Below are positions 11,844-23,118 of a stretch of DNA of 63,961 nucleotides, piece by piece. This stretch comes from Saprolegnia diclina VS20 (taxonomy: Eukaryota), in the NCBI RefSeq assembly GCF_000281045.1, contig NW_008246105.1, positions 281,762 to 345,722 of the forward strand. The letters run 5' to 3'. The notes beneath the pieces were generated by a model that was not told where the DNA came from, did no database searches, and saw only the letters and a list, made by a program, of their open reading frames with translations. A program made the position numbers and the translations under genes. Position 1 is the stretch's first letter; each line of letters opens with the position of its first letter.

Positions 11844-14059
11844 GCGTTAGCGCCGATTTTGACCGCATAAAGACAGAGCAATGACACAATATGTGAAATG
11901 GTGGTGATGGTGACACCGACGATTTTGTACACCAAATATTTTGCTGCAGATCGAGTCTTAGATCTCCGAGAGAGAGAGGTCGGGTTTACGAGGTATAAGA
12001 CGGGGGCTGCTCTTAATTGAAGCCTTGTTGAAGGCGAGAAAAGGCGTGCTGGTCCATCGCGAGTGGCCGCTTCTATCGGACGGGATAAAACAACGTTTAT
12101 TGAAGTCTCAATTACGTGCGAGCCGCCTGTTCTCGTCCTCAGACCACCTCCGCCCAGCGCGGGCACCCACGACGCACGCGCTGACCATCTCGACGTCCGC
12201 CGAAACGTGCATTTCTATCACTGCTTCATTGCCCGAGACGCAGTACCTTTTCATATTCCACTCCACTGCCGATGGGAGACTTGACCATTAGTTTCACTTC
12301 CTCTCAACAAGAGGTTTCCTACCAACCAGCCCACTCCACAGGAACCTAGTTAAATTCCCTGGGATGGCCCCGCCCACCAAGAATGCGTCCGACTTGCGCA
12401 ACGGCCACTCGACAGTTGCAAGCAAACTTGCGAACTACTTGGAGATTCTGCGTCTGCAACCGTGCAAGTCCCGTTGTCCGTTATCATAACTCAGCACAAA
12501 GCCCAAGCACGCGCTCTTCCTTGCGCACGAGATACGACAGGATAAGAAATGAGAAGTGTAAAATACGAAGTACACATCTTACGAGGCCATGGCCCCTTGG
12601 TACAGCTCCTTGGTAGCATCATCGACTTGAGTGAGAATGCGTTGATGGCGTTGCAGAGATGCTGCAGTTGTGAACCTTTGGGAACATCCTATTGACGACT
12701 AAGCAGTGCCGTCTGCAAGGGCTCTCGAAGATTCGCAACACGCCAAGCGACGTTGGTCCTCGTCAACTGGTAGGGTGTCGACTGAAAGTAAACTGACATC
12801 GAGGGCCTCACACGCCTTCACCAACGACGTCGGGTCGTTGCTTGCGATACCGTGCATTGAAATCCGAATGCAATGCAGTAGCTCAGTGAAACGATCGATG
12901 ATGACATCAAAATTAGGTAGGTGAACGTGGGAAACGACAAGACCAACGCTGGCAGTGTCTATGGCCCCAATCCCGAAATTTGTTGAATTTCTCCCCATAC
13001 GATATATGTAGCCGATTCGCCAACCAATTGCACTGGCGGCTTGTTAGCAAATGCTCTCTTCCTTGCTGTGGAGCGCCGTGGCGCCCGACCTGAACTGATA
13101 CATGAAAGCATCTTCCATGGTCGCGCGATCTCATGTGTGTGACTTTCTTCTTTCGCGTTGACAGGGTGAGAAAGTGCAGCGTCGATCCGCGTCCCATACA
13201 TGCACCTGTGGCGAATGGAACGTCGAGATGAGTCCATACAACCCAGCTGCGCGCAACCGAGGTCAAATCGGTGACCCCGGCGATGGCATCACATGGCAAG
13301 CCGCACCTCAGGCCGAACAGCTCTCTCGGTGTGCGGTGGACGCGTACGCGAGCTGGACGACCCGCACATTCTCAGGCGCCAGGATCGCTCCCCGTTCGAG
13401 TGCGAGCTCGGACTATCGCGTCGCCTCGGAAGCAGCGTCGTAGTGTCCTTTTTGGCGAGACGTGACGGGCGTAATAACGGGTGAGCAAACAGCCCGGACC
13501 TTTCTAGCCACAAACACTCCATGGAAAGGCCAAGGTCCACTAAATCGAAAACACATGTGGCCGGCCACTTGACTGATCCGGGCCATTTCGCGCATACGTG
13601 TACAGTTTGACCGCACGCTCTAGCTGCACGGTCCGTCTCCGAGGTCGCCACAAGCATTCTACTATTATACGATAAGATACTATAAGCATTTGTCGGCTTG
13701 GCGTGCCAGTTTGCCGTTGGGCCAACATTGTGTCCGCCAAGTTGCCGTTGCACTTGATGCGAAACCGCCTGGAACAAGATGACGCCGTACCCAGACTATC
13801 GGAGCTTTGTCATGAGAAAGAACCAACCGGAGCTGGAACAGGCTAGGACCAGACGCACGCGGCGACGTCGTCGGCCGGCGTCACGCGAGGATATCGATTA
13901 TCCTATATTTTCTATGGAAGAATCTGGTATAGGCGCGTATGAGCAGGCGTCGTTCCGCTCATATTTTGGCCTTTCCCGGCAGCGCACGCCATGTGGTGGG
14001 ACATGTCGGCCATTCGTCACGGAGCCAATCGCTAATTTGCACCCGGCTACAGAAGCACG

Positions 14060-15216
14060 ATGGCGGCCGAAGCTGTCGACGAAGCGATCCTGCATCGCCG
14101 CGCGCGCAAGCGCAAGAACTCGCGCGCGTGGCGCATCAAGCACAAGGTGCGCCGCATGTCGTTGATGGACCTTGACACGATGGATACGATGCGTAGGACG
14201 CGGTGCAGTCGCTGCGCCAGACCGCCGACCTCCTCGAGCGGCAGGTCGCCGACTTGCGCATGGTGGCGACAACGAGCAACGCATCAAGCCTCGCACAGCG
14301 CTACGAGTCCCTCGTCAAGGTCAAGCACGGGCTCATCCAGCAGAACGCATTGCTACAGCAAGCCATCGAGCGCCGAAGCGCCCTCTACACACGCCACATC
14401 ACGGCCCTTGTACGCTCTCTCTTTCTCGCTCGCTCGTTGCTCAGCGCAGCGTAGATGGAAATGGAAGTCGACAACTCGCGCATCTACGACGACCTCTTCC
14501 TGTACACAGTGCTGCAGGCCACGCAGCGCGACGTCGACAGCAACATACCAAGTGCCTTTGGGCACTCGCCGACACCGCCGCAGGTCGTGCGTGGCTGGCT
14601 CGCCAACATGGGCCAAGTCGATCAAAACACGTACTACGACGTCCGCAAAGTGCTCGGTGCGAGCGCCATGACGAGTCTCCGCGACGTCGGCGACTACCAC
14701 TGGCGCGTCCGGAACGACAAGGCGGCGTACATGCGTCTCCAGAACATTGCGCAGGATTTCCAGGTCCGCGACATTGTCCTCTGCGATACATGGACTCAGA
14801 GCAAGTGTAGATCTTGCGCCAGTCCGAGTCGCTCAGCGTCTCTCGGAGCGTGTTGCAGATCGGACCCAACCTCGTCGTGCGCATCATGGTGCAGTATCAA
14901 GTGCAGCTTTCGAACGGCTTTGACTATTGCTTTATCAACCTGACGCCCGACCTCAACTCGCTCACGACCACGATGCGGTACGTTCCTGAAACGTGGGAAG
15001 CCTAGTGGCTCATATGCACGCGTGTGTAGGGTGCGGCTTGAGATTGTCGACGGCCATGTGGTCGTCTCGGCGACGGGCAAAGCCCAAGGCCCGTACGGCC
15101 CCGCACCTGAGTATACCATGTCGTACGTCATTTCGGAGATGCTTCACTGGGAGGATCTCTTGCGGTCCTCCGGCTCGGTCATCTGGCACGACGACGTCAA
15201 GCTCGAGGCGCCGTAG
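14060..15216 (+). CDS. bZIP-like protein, paralog 2, 5 exons
   Basis: MAAEAVDEAILHRRARKRKNSRAWRIKHK / LRQTADLLERQVADL...LIQQNALLQQAIERR / SRIYDDLFLY...GW...HW / NGFDYCFINLTPDL. Exon structure is the same as paralog 1. Confidence 0.75.
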
Positions 15217-15633
15217 GCAGCATTATCTAACGTTATTTCAATCACCTCCTTGTTGTCGTTCCGAGTAATCGCATCATTGTTGCGTGATCTTCTCCCGCCA
15301 TAGAAGTCTGTTGTTGACAGGACAGAAGGCTGGCTGCAAGCCGCTCGCTCTCGCCGCCGCTGCGTGTGCTCTAGGCACCTGTAGCACCAGTGCAGAGCCA
15401 GCCTGCAAGCTCCCCCAGTGGAGTTCCCCACGCAGTTCACATGTGCAAGGGCCATCAAGATCAAGATGGGCCGTCCATTCAGTACTATGAGGCAGCCGTA
15501 AACATTGTAGAAGACTAGCAGCACGCACAATGATAGCAGCCTTTGCCCGTTGCCACGGTGCCACCTGGAGCATTGGCAAGACGTACCAGGTGTTGGAGGA
15601 GCCAGCGAGAATGCATGTGGCCGATTTAAAAAA

Positions 15634-16760
15634 ATGCCCGAGTCCTCGTTGACGCTGGCGGAGCGCCGCCGTTTGCGCAAGTGCGAGAGCACGCAGCGTT
15701 GGCGCAGCAAGAAGAAGGTACGACGCTGCTTATCGCCATGACCTTCGACATGCGCTGTCTGCAGGACAACGTCGCGGCGCTCCACGCCACCGTCGCCGCG
15801 CTCGAGGACCGCGTGGCCGAGCTCCGGCTAGAGCGCGCAGGCGATATCCACGCGCTTCGCTTTGACGCGCTCTTGGAGACCAAGAACAAGCTTCTTCAGT
15901 ACAACCGAGCGCTGCGCGAAGCCATCAACCGGCGCTCTGCACTACCACGCACCATCGCGCGTTGCATGGTATTGCATTGTAACTCTGCTGCGATTCCTGA
16001 GGCCACGCTAGGCGGCGTGCCGGCTCGACGACACACGCATCTTCCACGACGATTTCTTTGTTCTCGGCCAACTCCAAGCCGCAATGCGCCTCGTCGCAGC
16101 CCACGTGCCGTTGGCCTTTGCGAGTCCGACGGCCGAGACGATCCTAGTACAACGCAGCGGGTGGGCCCTCCACGGCGTGTGCCATGACGGCCGCCTCGTC
16201 ACGCGCTGCGAGAAAGCCATCTACGTGCCATCGACCGACGAAAGCGTCCAGGCCATCGGCGCGCGATTCTGGGCGATGCGCAATCGCGAAGACATGTATT
16301 TGCAGCTGTGCGCCAACGCGACGAGCTTCCAGGTTCGCGCACTCTGGACTCCGTGTGCGGTATCAAATTGCTCATCTTAGGTGCTACGGGAACTGCGTGA
16401 CGGTCTCAGCGTCGCACAGACCGTCCCAAAGAGCGTCATGGCACCGCGCTTCCTCATCCAGAGTCTCGTGCATGTCCGCGATGGCTTTGACCACACGCTC
16501 ATCTTTCTCTCGCCCGACTTGAGTCGCATGACGGCGGCAGTCGAGTACATTGCTCATGCAAGCTGGCTTTCGCGTCTCACCGCGTCGACTGTAGGCTGCA
16601 GTATCGCTTGCAGAACGGCTGCCTCGTCGCGCAAGTCCACGCTGTTCAACAAAACGCCAACAAGGACATTGACATTGACGCGGCCTCTGCGCTGCATCTC
16701 TTGACCTACGTGGCAAGCGAGCTCAGCGAGATGGAGCGCTTGATCCGGCCCGTTGCGTAG
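15634..16760 (+). CDS. bZIP-like protein, paralog 3, 5 exons
   Basis: MPESSLTLAERRRLRKCESTQRWRSKKK / VAALHATVAALEDRVAEL...LLQYNRALREAINRR / TRIFHDDFF...SGW...FW / DGFDHTLIFLSPDL / last exon ends LIRPVA* at 16760. Confidence 0.75.
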
Positions 16761-16958
16761 CGTTGCGACTCATCATAACTTCTTCGTTCTCCCTAATGTT
16801 ACCTTGCGTTTATGTGTTTATACTAGCATCGATAAGGTCGGCCTCCCATGCACCGCTCGTGGTCCTCGTGCGCTCAGCGCAACAGCTGAAGCAAGGGCCC
16901 ATTGGGAGGGATTAAAGCTCTCAGCTCTCAGCTTCAACAAGGGTGGGAAGTGGGAAGG

Positions 16959-17056
16959 GTGCGTTTAGACTGCAACTCAAATACGCATTTCTAATATCAA
17001 TATATTGTTCCAAAACTAATATAACGCATCTTTAAGAACACCTTAAGGTTTGTATG
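16959..17056 (+). repeat. 98-bp dispersed direct repeat, copy 1 (copy 2 at 18054-18151)
   Basis: Both copies share GTGCGTTTAGACTGCAACTCAAAT...TATATTGTT.CAAAACTAATATAACGCA...AACACCTT.AGGTTTGTATG. Confidence 0.9.
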
Positions 17057-17082
17057 GGATCGAGTGATTTGCGACCACAGAT

Positions 17083-17910
17083 GTGCCACGAGTGCGCCGC
17101 CGCTTGCGCAAGTGCGAGAGCACGCGTGCTGGTACGATGCTACTTGCCGCCATGACGTGCCCACGGGAGCAATACAGGAGAGCGTTGCATCGCTTCGCGC
17201 CAGCGTCGCCGCGCTCAAGGCCCGCGTGGCCGAGCTCCGGCATGAGCACGACGTCCACGCGCTTCGGTATGCCACCCTCTTGCAGACCAAGTACGATCTT
17301 GCAACGCGGCGGGTGGCACGGTGTGTGCCATGACGGTCGCCTCTTCACGCGTTATATCTACGAGCCGTCGACCAACGATAATGTCCAGGCCATCGGCGCC
17401 AGCTTCTGGGCGCTGCGCAACCGCGAGGACATCCAGGTTCGCACACGGCGTTTTGTTTGTGCAGCACCGACCGGTGCCAACTTGGGGCTCCAGGGATTTC
17501 GCGAGACCTCAGCATTGCCCAGGCCATACCAAGGGGTGGCATGGCGCCGCCCTTCCTCATGCAGTGACTCGTGTACGTTCGCGATGGCTTTGGTAGCAGG
17601 CTCGTCTTCCTCTCGCCCGACTTGAGTCGCATCACGGCAGCCGTCGAATACGCCCCAAAACTCAAGCTGTCTCTCGCGTCGCATCGGCAACCATAGGATG
17701 CAGTATCGCCTGCAGAACGACCGCCTCGTTGTTCACGTCCGCACCGTTCTAAAGGATGTCAACAAGGACGTACTCATTGACACGGCGCGCTCGCTGCCCT
17801 TGTTAACCTACTTGGCTAGGGAGCTCCGCGAGATGGAGCGCACTGCACTTTATCTTTTCTTTGAATATGACCTTGCATGTATGATGACATCTGAAAGCCA
17901 TATATCCTAA
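17083..17910 (+). pseudogene. Decayed tandem copy of bZIP-like paralog 3
   Basis: Nucleotide-level similarity to 15660-16740 (RRRLRKCEST, GVCHDGRL, QAIGA.FWA.RNRED, FLSPDLSR, QYRLQN). There is no in-frame ATG before the basic region, and a ~250-nt internal deletion relative to paralog 3 (~15885-16138). Confidence 0.75.
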
Positions 17911-18053
17911 CCGCCTAGACTGTTAGGGATTCTGTGTATGATAACATCTCGAACGCGGTGGCTGGCGTCCTCCATGGCGCTCCCATCCCCCGCTTGTGGA
18001 CATCGTCGGCCCCACTCTGGGCCCCACTTCAATGGGGGCGGAAACCGTAATGC

Positions 18054-18151
18054 GTGCGTTTAGACTGCAACTCAAATGCACCATTTGAATATGTCTATAT
18101 TGTTGCAAAAACTAATATAACGCACCTCTGAAACACCTTGAGGTTTGTATG
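18054..18151 (+). repeat. 98-bp dispersed direct repeat, copy 2
   Basis: See copy 1. It ends ~45 nt upstream of the AT-hook gene ATG. Confidence 0.9.
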
Positions 18152-18196
18152 CCGCGATATTGCGATCTATTCATTCGCAAATTTGCCACGTGCGGG

Positions 18197-19603
18197 ATGA
18201 CCCAACTGGACGCGTCGACGGCCGTCGTGCTCGACGCTGCGGCGCCGGCGCCTGCCGACGGGCGCGTCGTATACATCGACTGCAGCCAGAACGACGGCAG
18301 CCAAGAAGACGACGCCCAGCGCCAAGACGGCCATGCTCACGACGGCGAGGCTGACGATCCCGAGATGGCGGCCAACGTTCCCGCGACGGAAGAGGTCGAC
18401 GACGATCAACGACAGGCACAGGAGGCTCCTGTCGACAGCTCTTTTCAAGGGGACGTCCGTGACAGCTTCGCTCGCGATGACGAAGAAGAGGCTGCCTCGA
18501 GATCGCGCAACCAGGACGTTGCAGCCGGCGCGCCAGCCCGAGATGATGGCACGGTGGACGAGCCCGAGGTGACAGAGCCCAGCGATGTCGCCCAAGACGT
18601 GGTCGAGATCGACCAGCGGCAGGCGCCCGACGCTTCTATCGACCGTTCTCCCCACGACAGCGTTGAAGACGACCTCGCCCACGAAGAAGGGGCTGCGACG
18701 GCAACGTGCAGCCAAGACATTGCAGTCGGCGTGGCAGCCCAAGGCAACATCACAGTTCAAGAGCCAGTGGTCAAGCGCGGGCGTGGACGTCCAAGAAAAG
18801 TCATTCCCGAAGCTTCCGCGATGGTCGCCGAAGAGCCGACACTGAAGCGCGGGCGGGGTCGTCCGAGAAAAGCCGTTACCGAAGCTCCCGAGACGGACGA
18901 AGAGCCAGCGCCAAAGCGCGGACCGGGTCGACCAAGAAAGGACGCCACGCAGCCGCCCGCGACGGTCGCTACATACGAAGACCACCGGCGCAGCGAGCGC
19001 ATGATCCAATTCGTCGACCACAACAGAGCCGAAGCCCAAGAAGCTACACCCACCGTCCGTCGGAAGGTCGGGCGCCCGCACAAGAACGCAAGTGCAACTA
19101 CTGCCACCACAACCCAGCTGCTCGAACGCAAGAGTCGCTCCAAGAAGGCTGTGCAGCGCTATGAACACGACGATACGCACGACAACGAGTTGCCTTGCGA
19201 GATGAGCAACGTCGACGGACACGAGTCGAACCGTTCTGGAAGCGAGTACGAAGCGTCCGACGACGACGCGTCGGATGGCGAGGATGCTGCGCCAAGCAGC
19301 GTGTTGCCATCCCACGGCAAGCGCCCCCGCGGTCGCCCTCGCAAGTACCCCAAGAAGCCCGAGAACATACCTAAAAATCCGCGTGGTCGTCCTCGCAAGC
19401 ATCCCCAGACGCAGCCAAGCCAGGCGCCCGCCAAGCGTGGCCGCCCGTTTAAGATAGCACGCGTCAACCCAACGCTCGAGTCGCTGGCGCCGGGCGACGG
19501 CAGCCTCCAGACAGGCGCTGAGCCAAACGATGCGTCGCCAATGGCGGCGACTCCCGGTATGACCTCCGAGGACTACGTCGCTGGATACCAGCTTGAGATT
19601 TAA
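18197..19603 (+). CDS. Intrinsically disordered multi-AT-hook DNA-binding protein
   Basis: Seven GRP motifs (KRGRGRPRK x2, KRGPGRPRK, KVGRPHK, KRPRGRPRK, NPRGRPRK, KRGRPFK) in an acidic, low-complexity intronless ORF. An alternative in-frame ATG lies at 18149. Confidence 0.85.
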   Translation: MTQLDASTAVVLDAAAPAPADGRVVYIDCSQNDGSQEDDAQRQDGHAHDGEADDPEMAANVPATEEVDDDQRQAQEAPVDSSFQGDVRDSFARDDEEEAASRSRNQDVAAGAPARDDGTVDEPEVTEPSDVAQDVVEIDQRQAPDASIDRSPHDSVEDDLAHEEGAATATCSQDIAVGVAAQGNITVQEPVVKRGRGRPRKVIPEASAMVAEEPTLKRGRGRPRKAVTEAPETDEEPAPKRGPGRPRKDATQPPATVATYEDHRRSERMIQFVDHNRAEAQEATPTVRRKVGRPHKNASATTATTTQLLERKSRSKKAVQRYEHDDTHDNELPCEMSNVDGHESNRSGSEYEASDDDASDGEDAAPSSVLPSHGKRPRGRPRKYPKKPENIPKNPRGRPRKHPQTQPSQAPAKRGRPFKIARVNPTLESLAPGDGSLQTGAEPNDASPMAATPGMTSEDYVAGYQLEI

Positions 19604-19760
19604 TCGTTTAGTCGTTTTTGTATTTCCTTTCCGATAATTTGAGTCGTTGTTAGTCTTTTTACTCTTAGTCTTCGCATAACACAATCGACTTGAGATATCA
19701 ACAAACAGGCAGAGTCCAGCGCGGCAGAAGGAGGTCTACCGTCGTGGCTGGGCGAGTGGG

Positions 19761-20938
19761 CTAGGCGCAGCAGGACCGCTTCCACAGGGTGTTGTTGGCG
19801 GCATAGTCTGTCTTGCGCTTCTGCTTGGCGTGCCGAGCCAAGTGCGCGTCGAGGTCGCCGAGCGTCGCGTAGATGCGTGGGCACTGAGGGCGGCAGTGAA
19901 AGAGCTTGCTACCGCGAAACACAAACGCGCCCCACGGGCCCGCAGCAGCTGGCGCAGCAACGGTCTCGGAGACGAGAGCAGGAGGCGGCGGCGGCGGCGA
20001 GCGCATGGAGCACTGGTGGAAGCGCAGGCCTCGCTTGGCGTTAAAGGTCAAGGCGCAGTCGCCGCAGGCAAAGACGGGCACCGCTTCCTGGATGGGCGTG
20101 GTCGGGAGCGCCAGCAAGAGGCAAGCCGCCACGGTCCCGAGCTTGTTGCGGATCTGCTCGCGAAGGTCGCGGAGACGGGCAAAATGCACCTTGGCGAGCC
20201 GAAGCACGCAGTCCGGAAGGTCCAAGTTGGCGCCGACGTCGTCCATGAGCCTGAACACCTCGCGCTTCATCTACGGAATCGGTCATATCCTGCACGCATC
20301 GGATAGTACGTACCGTGTCCTTGTAGCCGACACGTGTCTGGCGCGAGTCGAGGCCAAGCTCGTAGCACGAGAGCTCGACTTCTCTGTGCACGCGCCGGAG
20401 AAGGGTGGCCGCCGGTCCACCATCCTAAGAGAGCAAGTGACACCTACTCACATCCAACGTCTCCTCCAACAACCTTATCGATCGACGTCTGCATGTTGTA
20501 GCCCACCGAGAAGAGCGGGTTTGGCGGGGCGCCATGATGCGATCGATCCTCCTCGTCCTCGAAGCGGCGGTATGCGTTGCCTTCATACAGGCGCGAGGCC
20601 TCCAGGACGTTCCCGCAGCCGGCGCCGTCCGGGCCCATGCACACGACCGAGAGGTCCGTGGCAAGGAACTTCTCGACGTCTGCGTTGCCGCAATCTTCGC
20701 AGACGTGCGCCGGCAGCATGCTCGATGTGACAGGGGTTGCGTTGCGTCCTGCGTTCTGCAGCTCGTACTCAATGGCATGCGTGAGCTTGCGCACGCTAGC
20801 TAGCGTCATCGTCGGTACCAGCGCGCTCACGACCTGCTCGGCTATCGTCGGGGTTGCCTGCTCCGAGGGCTGCGGCTGCTGGTCGAGGCTGGCGAAGAAG
20901 GTAGCGGCGTGCGCGTCCAAGGCCGTCGTCTTCGCCAT
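19761..20938 (-). CDS. TFIIB-like protein (zinc ribbon, B-reader-like segment, one cyclin-like repeat) with C-terminal C2H2-like fingers
   Basis: Zinc ribbon CEDCG...VVCMGPDGAGCGNVL, followed by YEGNAYRRFEDEEDRSHHG (compare TFIIB EWRTF...DPSRVG). Cyclin-like LMDDVGANLDLPDCVLRLAKVHF...VAACLLLA. Then FACGDCALTFNAKRGLRFHQC and FHCRPQCPRIYATLGDLDAHLARH. Confidence 0.7.
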
Positions 20939-21678
20939 GCCTGTCAGATCTGGCACCAAAATAAAAAAAACAAAATAATTTGCTCCTGGTGTGGGCAGCA
21001 AATACAAATAGCTATACTCTTTTGTAGAATCGCGTTCCCCATGTAGCTTTGAAGCTCAAACCAAACTCAAAACGTGTTGAATTTGTGCATCTGCCCTCAA
21101 TTTAGAAATACATTGCGAGATCTCGAGCTTAGAACGGACACCAAAGCCACTTCAACAACGGACACCAAAGCAGTCCTCCGACATCCAGTCCCCCTTGGCG
21201 CTTGTGAGCGACGACGATCCCTCGAGGCGCAGCACCCGGTCGCTGTGGCTGTCGCGTTTTCATTCTTGTCGGTCGTTGAGGCTGAACTCAATCGGCACCG
21301 TTGAAACACGCAGGCGGATACCGAAGATTGCCAGTTTTGCGATGCTCGAGATGCAACTTTTGGCTCCGAAGACGCCTCCGCAAGCCTCGAGTTCTGTCAA
21401 CTCCTGTGCACTATCCTGTCTGTACCCATGAATTTCGAAGCTTCTGACCATATTTGAGCTACTGGCCCGGTACTATGACCAGCACCGGTAGCTCCAAGAC
21501 GCCTCGTTGGCGCAGAGGCGTCTGCAGGAGCGTTGCCGTCGCCGGTGTGCCATGAGCTCGGCTCATCGCGGAAAAGCCAGCGAGAAATATTTGCGCCATT
21601 TCGATTCTGCGTATCCGGATTGCCGCAATCGGCGCCGGATAGATACGACCAAGCCATCATCGCATTATTCGCACGCAC

Positions 21679-22626
21679 ATGGACGAGGTCTGCGGAGGTT
21701 GTGGCGTCGCGCTGCCATCGAACTGCCGCTTCTGCATGCACTGCGGCGCGCCCCACCACACCAAGAGCTTCTGTGCTTGCGGCCACGACATCACCAACAT
21801 GAAGTTCTGTGCTGGCTGCGGCGAGCCAACCCGTGCGACGCCAGCGCGGTCGGGCCCGGCCTACGCAGCGCCGCCAGTAGCAAAGGGGCTCGACATGGCG
21901 TCGATCGCCGAGTCCATCCGGCGCGAGCAAGAAGAGAAAGGCAACTTGCGGCTCAAGGCGCAGGAGCTTGCGGCCAAGAAACGGGCGGCGGCCGAAGCCC
22001 GCTTTGCCCAAGCCTACGGCAGCGTGCCACACCCCACAGCCTCGCCGGCGGTACCGTCACATCACACTGTAGCATCGCTGGCGCCAAAGGCTCATGCACC
22101 AAATACGACGGCCGTTGGTTCGCATGGTGCGCAGTCAGCACCCCGTGCTTCAACCTACGTTCCGCCACCGCCGCCGACTACGTACTCTCGGCCGACAACC
22201 GCCGCTTCCACGTATGCCCGGCCAAAGAGTGCGCCCATGTCCCAGCCAACGCCATCTTCTGCGCACGCCTACCGCCCAGTGCCAGCGCAGTCGTCGCCGA
22301 ACTCGTTTCGGCCGCACGTGTCGCCGCCACGGTCGTCGCCGCTGCCGTCGTCGTTTCCAGTACAGCACGTGTTGCCGCCGGCGACAACGACAATGACGAC
22401 ACACAACAAGATCAACGGTGGAAGCCTCTTCCCGGCAGCGGCGTCGATCGCCACGTCGATGGCTCCGCCGGTTCTACCTGCTGCTTCGTCGTCAACAGCA
22501 TCTTCAAACCAGCGCTTTGGGCCCCAAGGCTTTGTCCCGCCCCGCTTCATTCCGCCAGAAGACGGGCAGAACCACGTTTACTCGGTAACGCAGACCGTCA
22601 CGCGGTCCGTGACCTACACGCAGTAA
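21679..22626 (+). CDS. Double zinc-ribbon protein with coiled coil and Pro/Ser-rich tail
   Basis: N-terminal CGGC...FCMHCGA...FCACG...FCAGCGE; intronless ORF. Confidence 0.7.
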   Translation: MDEVCGGCGVALPSNCRFCMHCGAPHHTKSFCACGHDITNMKFCAGCGEPTRATPARSGPAYAAPPVAKGLDMASIAESIRREQEEKGNLRLKAQELAAKKRAAAEARFAQAYGSVPHPTASPAVPSHHTVASLAPKAHAPNTTAVGSHGAQSAPRASTYVPPPPPTTYSRPTTAASTYARPKSAPMSQPTPSSAHAYRPVPAQSSPNSFRPHVSPPRSSPLPSSFPVQHVLPPATTTMTTHNKINGGSLFPAAASIATSMAPPVLPAASSSTASSNQRFGPQGFVPPRFIPPEDGQNHVYSVTQTVTRSVTYTQ

Positions 22627-23118
22627 GACGACCTAAGCCAATGAGAACAACGCGACGATCACTGTGCAGCAGGACACAGCGCGTTGCTCTAGTTGTTAGC
22701 ATAGTAAACTACTAGTACTTGCTTACGGCCTCCGTGTCATCAGAGACACGCGATCGACGTGGTCCGTGGGCATCGGTTTGAGAAGGTGAGCGACCTGGGA
22801 AATCGCCACAGCTCCAAGCCAACACGGTCAGAGCCGCTGCGTTGGACGCCGTCGCATGGCCAACGTCGCGACGAGCTGCGATCATGACAACAGCGTGCAC
22901 CCTGCCTGAGTCCCAAACAAGATGCGGTCATTTCAGTGATATCCTATTCATGTAAACGTTGCCACCCCACACCCAAGTCATTTCAAGTTATACACGTCCT
23001 CCGCGCTCGAATCGCACCTCTAGTCGGCTCTACCACTGCGTCAAGGGTGTATGCGACGTGGCCCAAGGACAACAATTTCAAAAGTCAACGCGGCCCACAA
23101 CGAACGGTATAATTAGTG

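Noticed and set aside
11657..11930. 87-bp perfect direct repeat around the 100-N gap (LTR- or TSD-like)
   Set aside because: Identical sequence on both sides of a fixed-size gap is typical of an unmerged contig overlap.
12000..13700. Short ORFs in the spacer between bZIP-like paralogs 1 and 2
   Set aside because: No host-like codon bias, splice pattern or recognisable domain.
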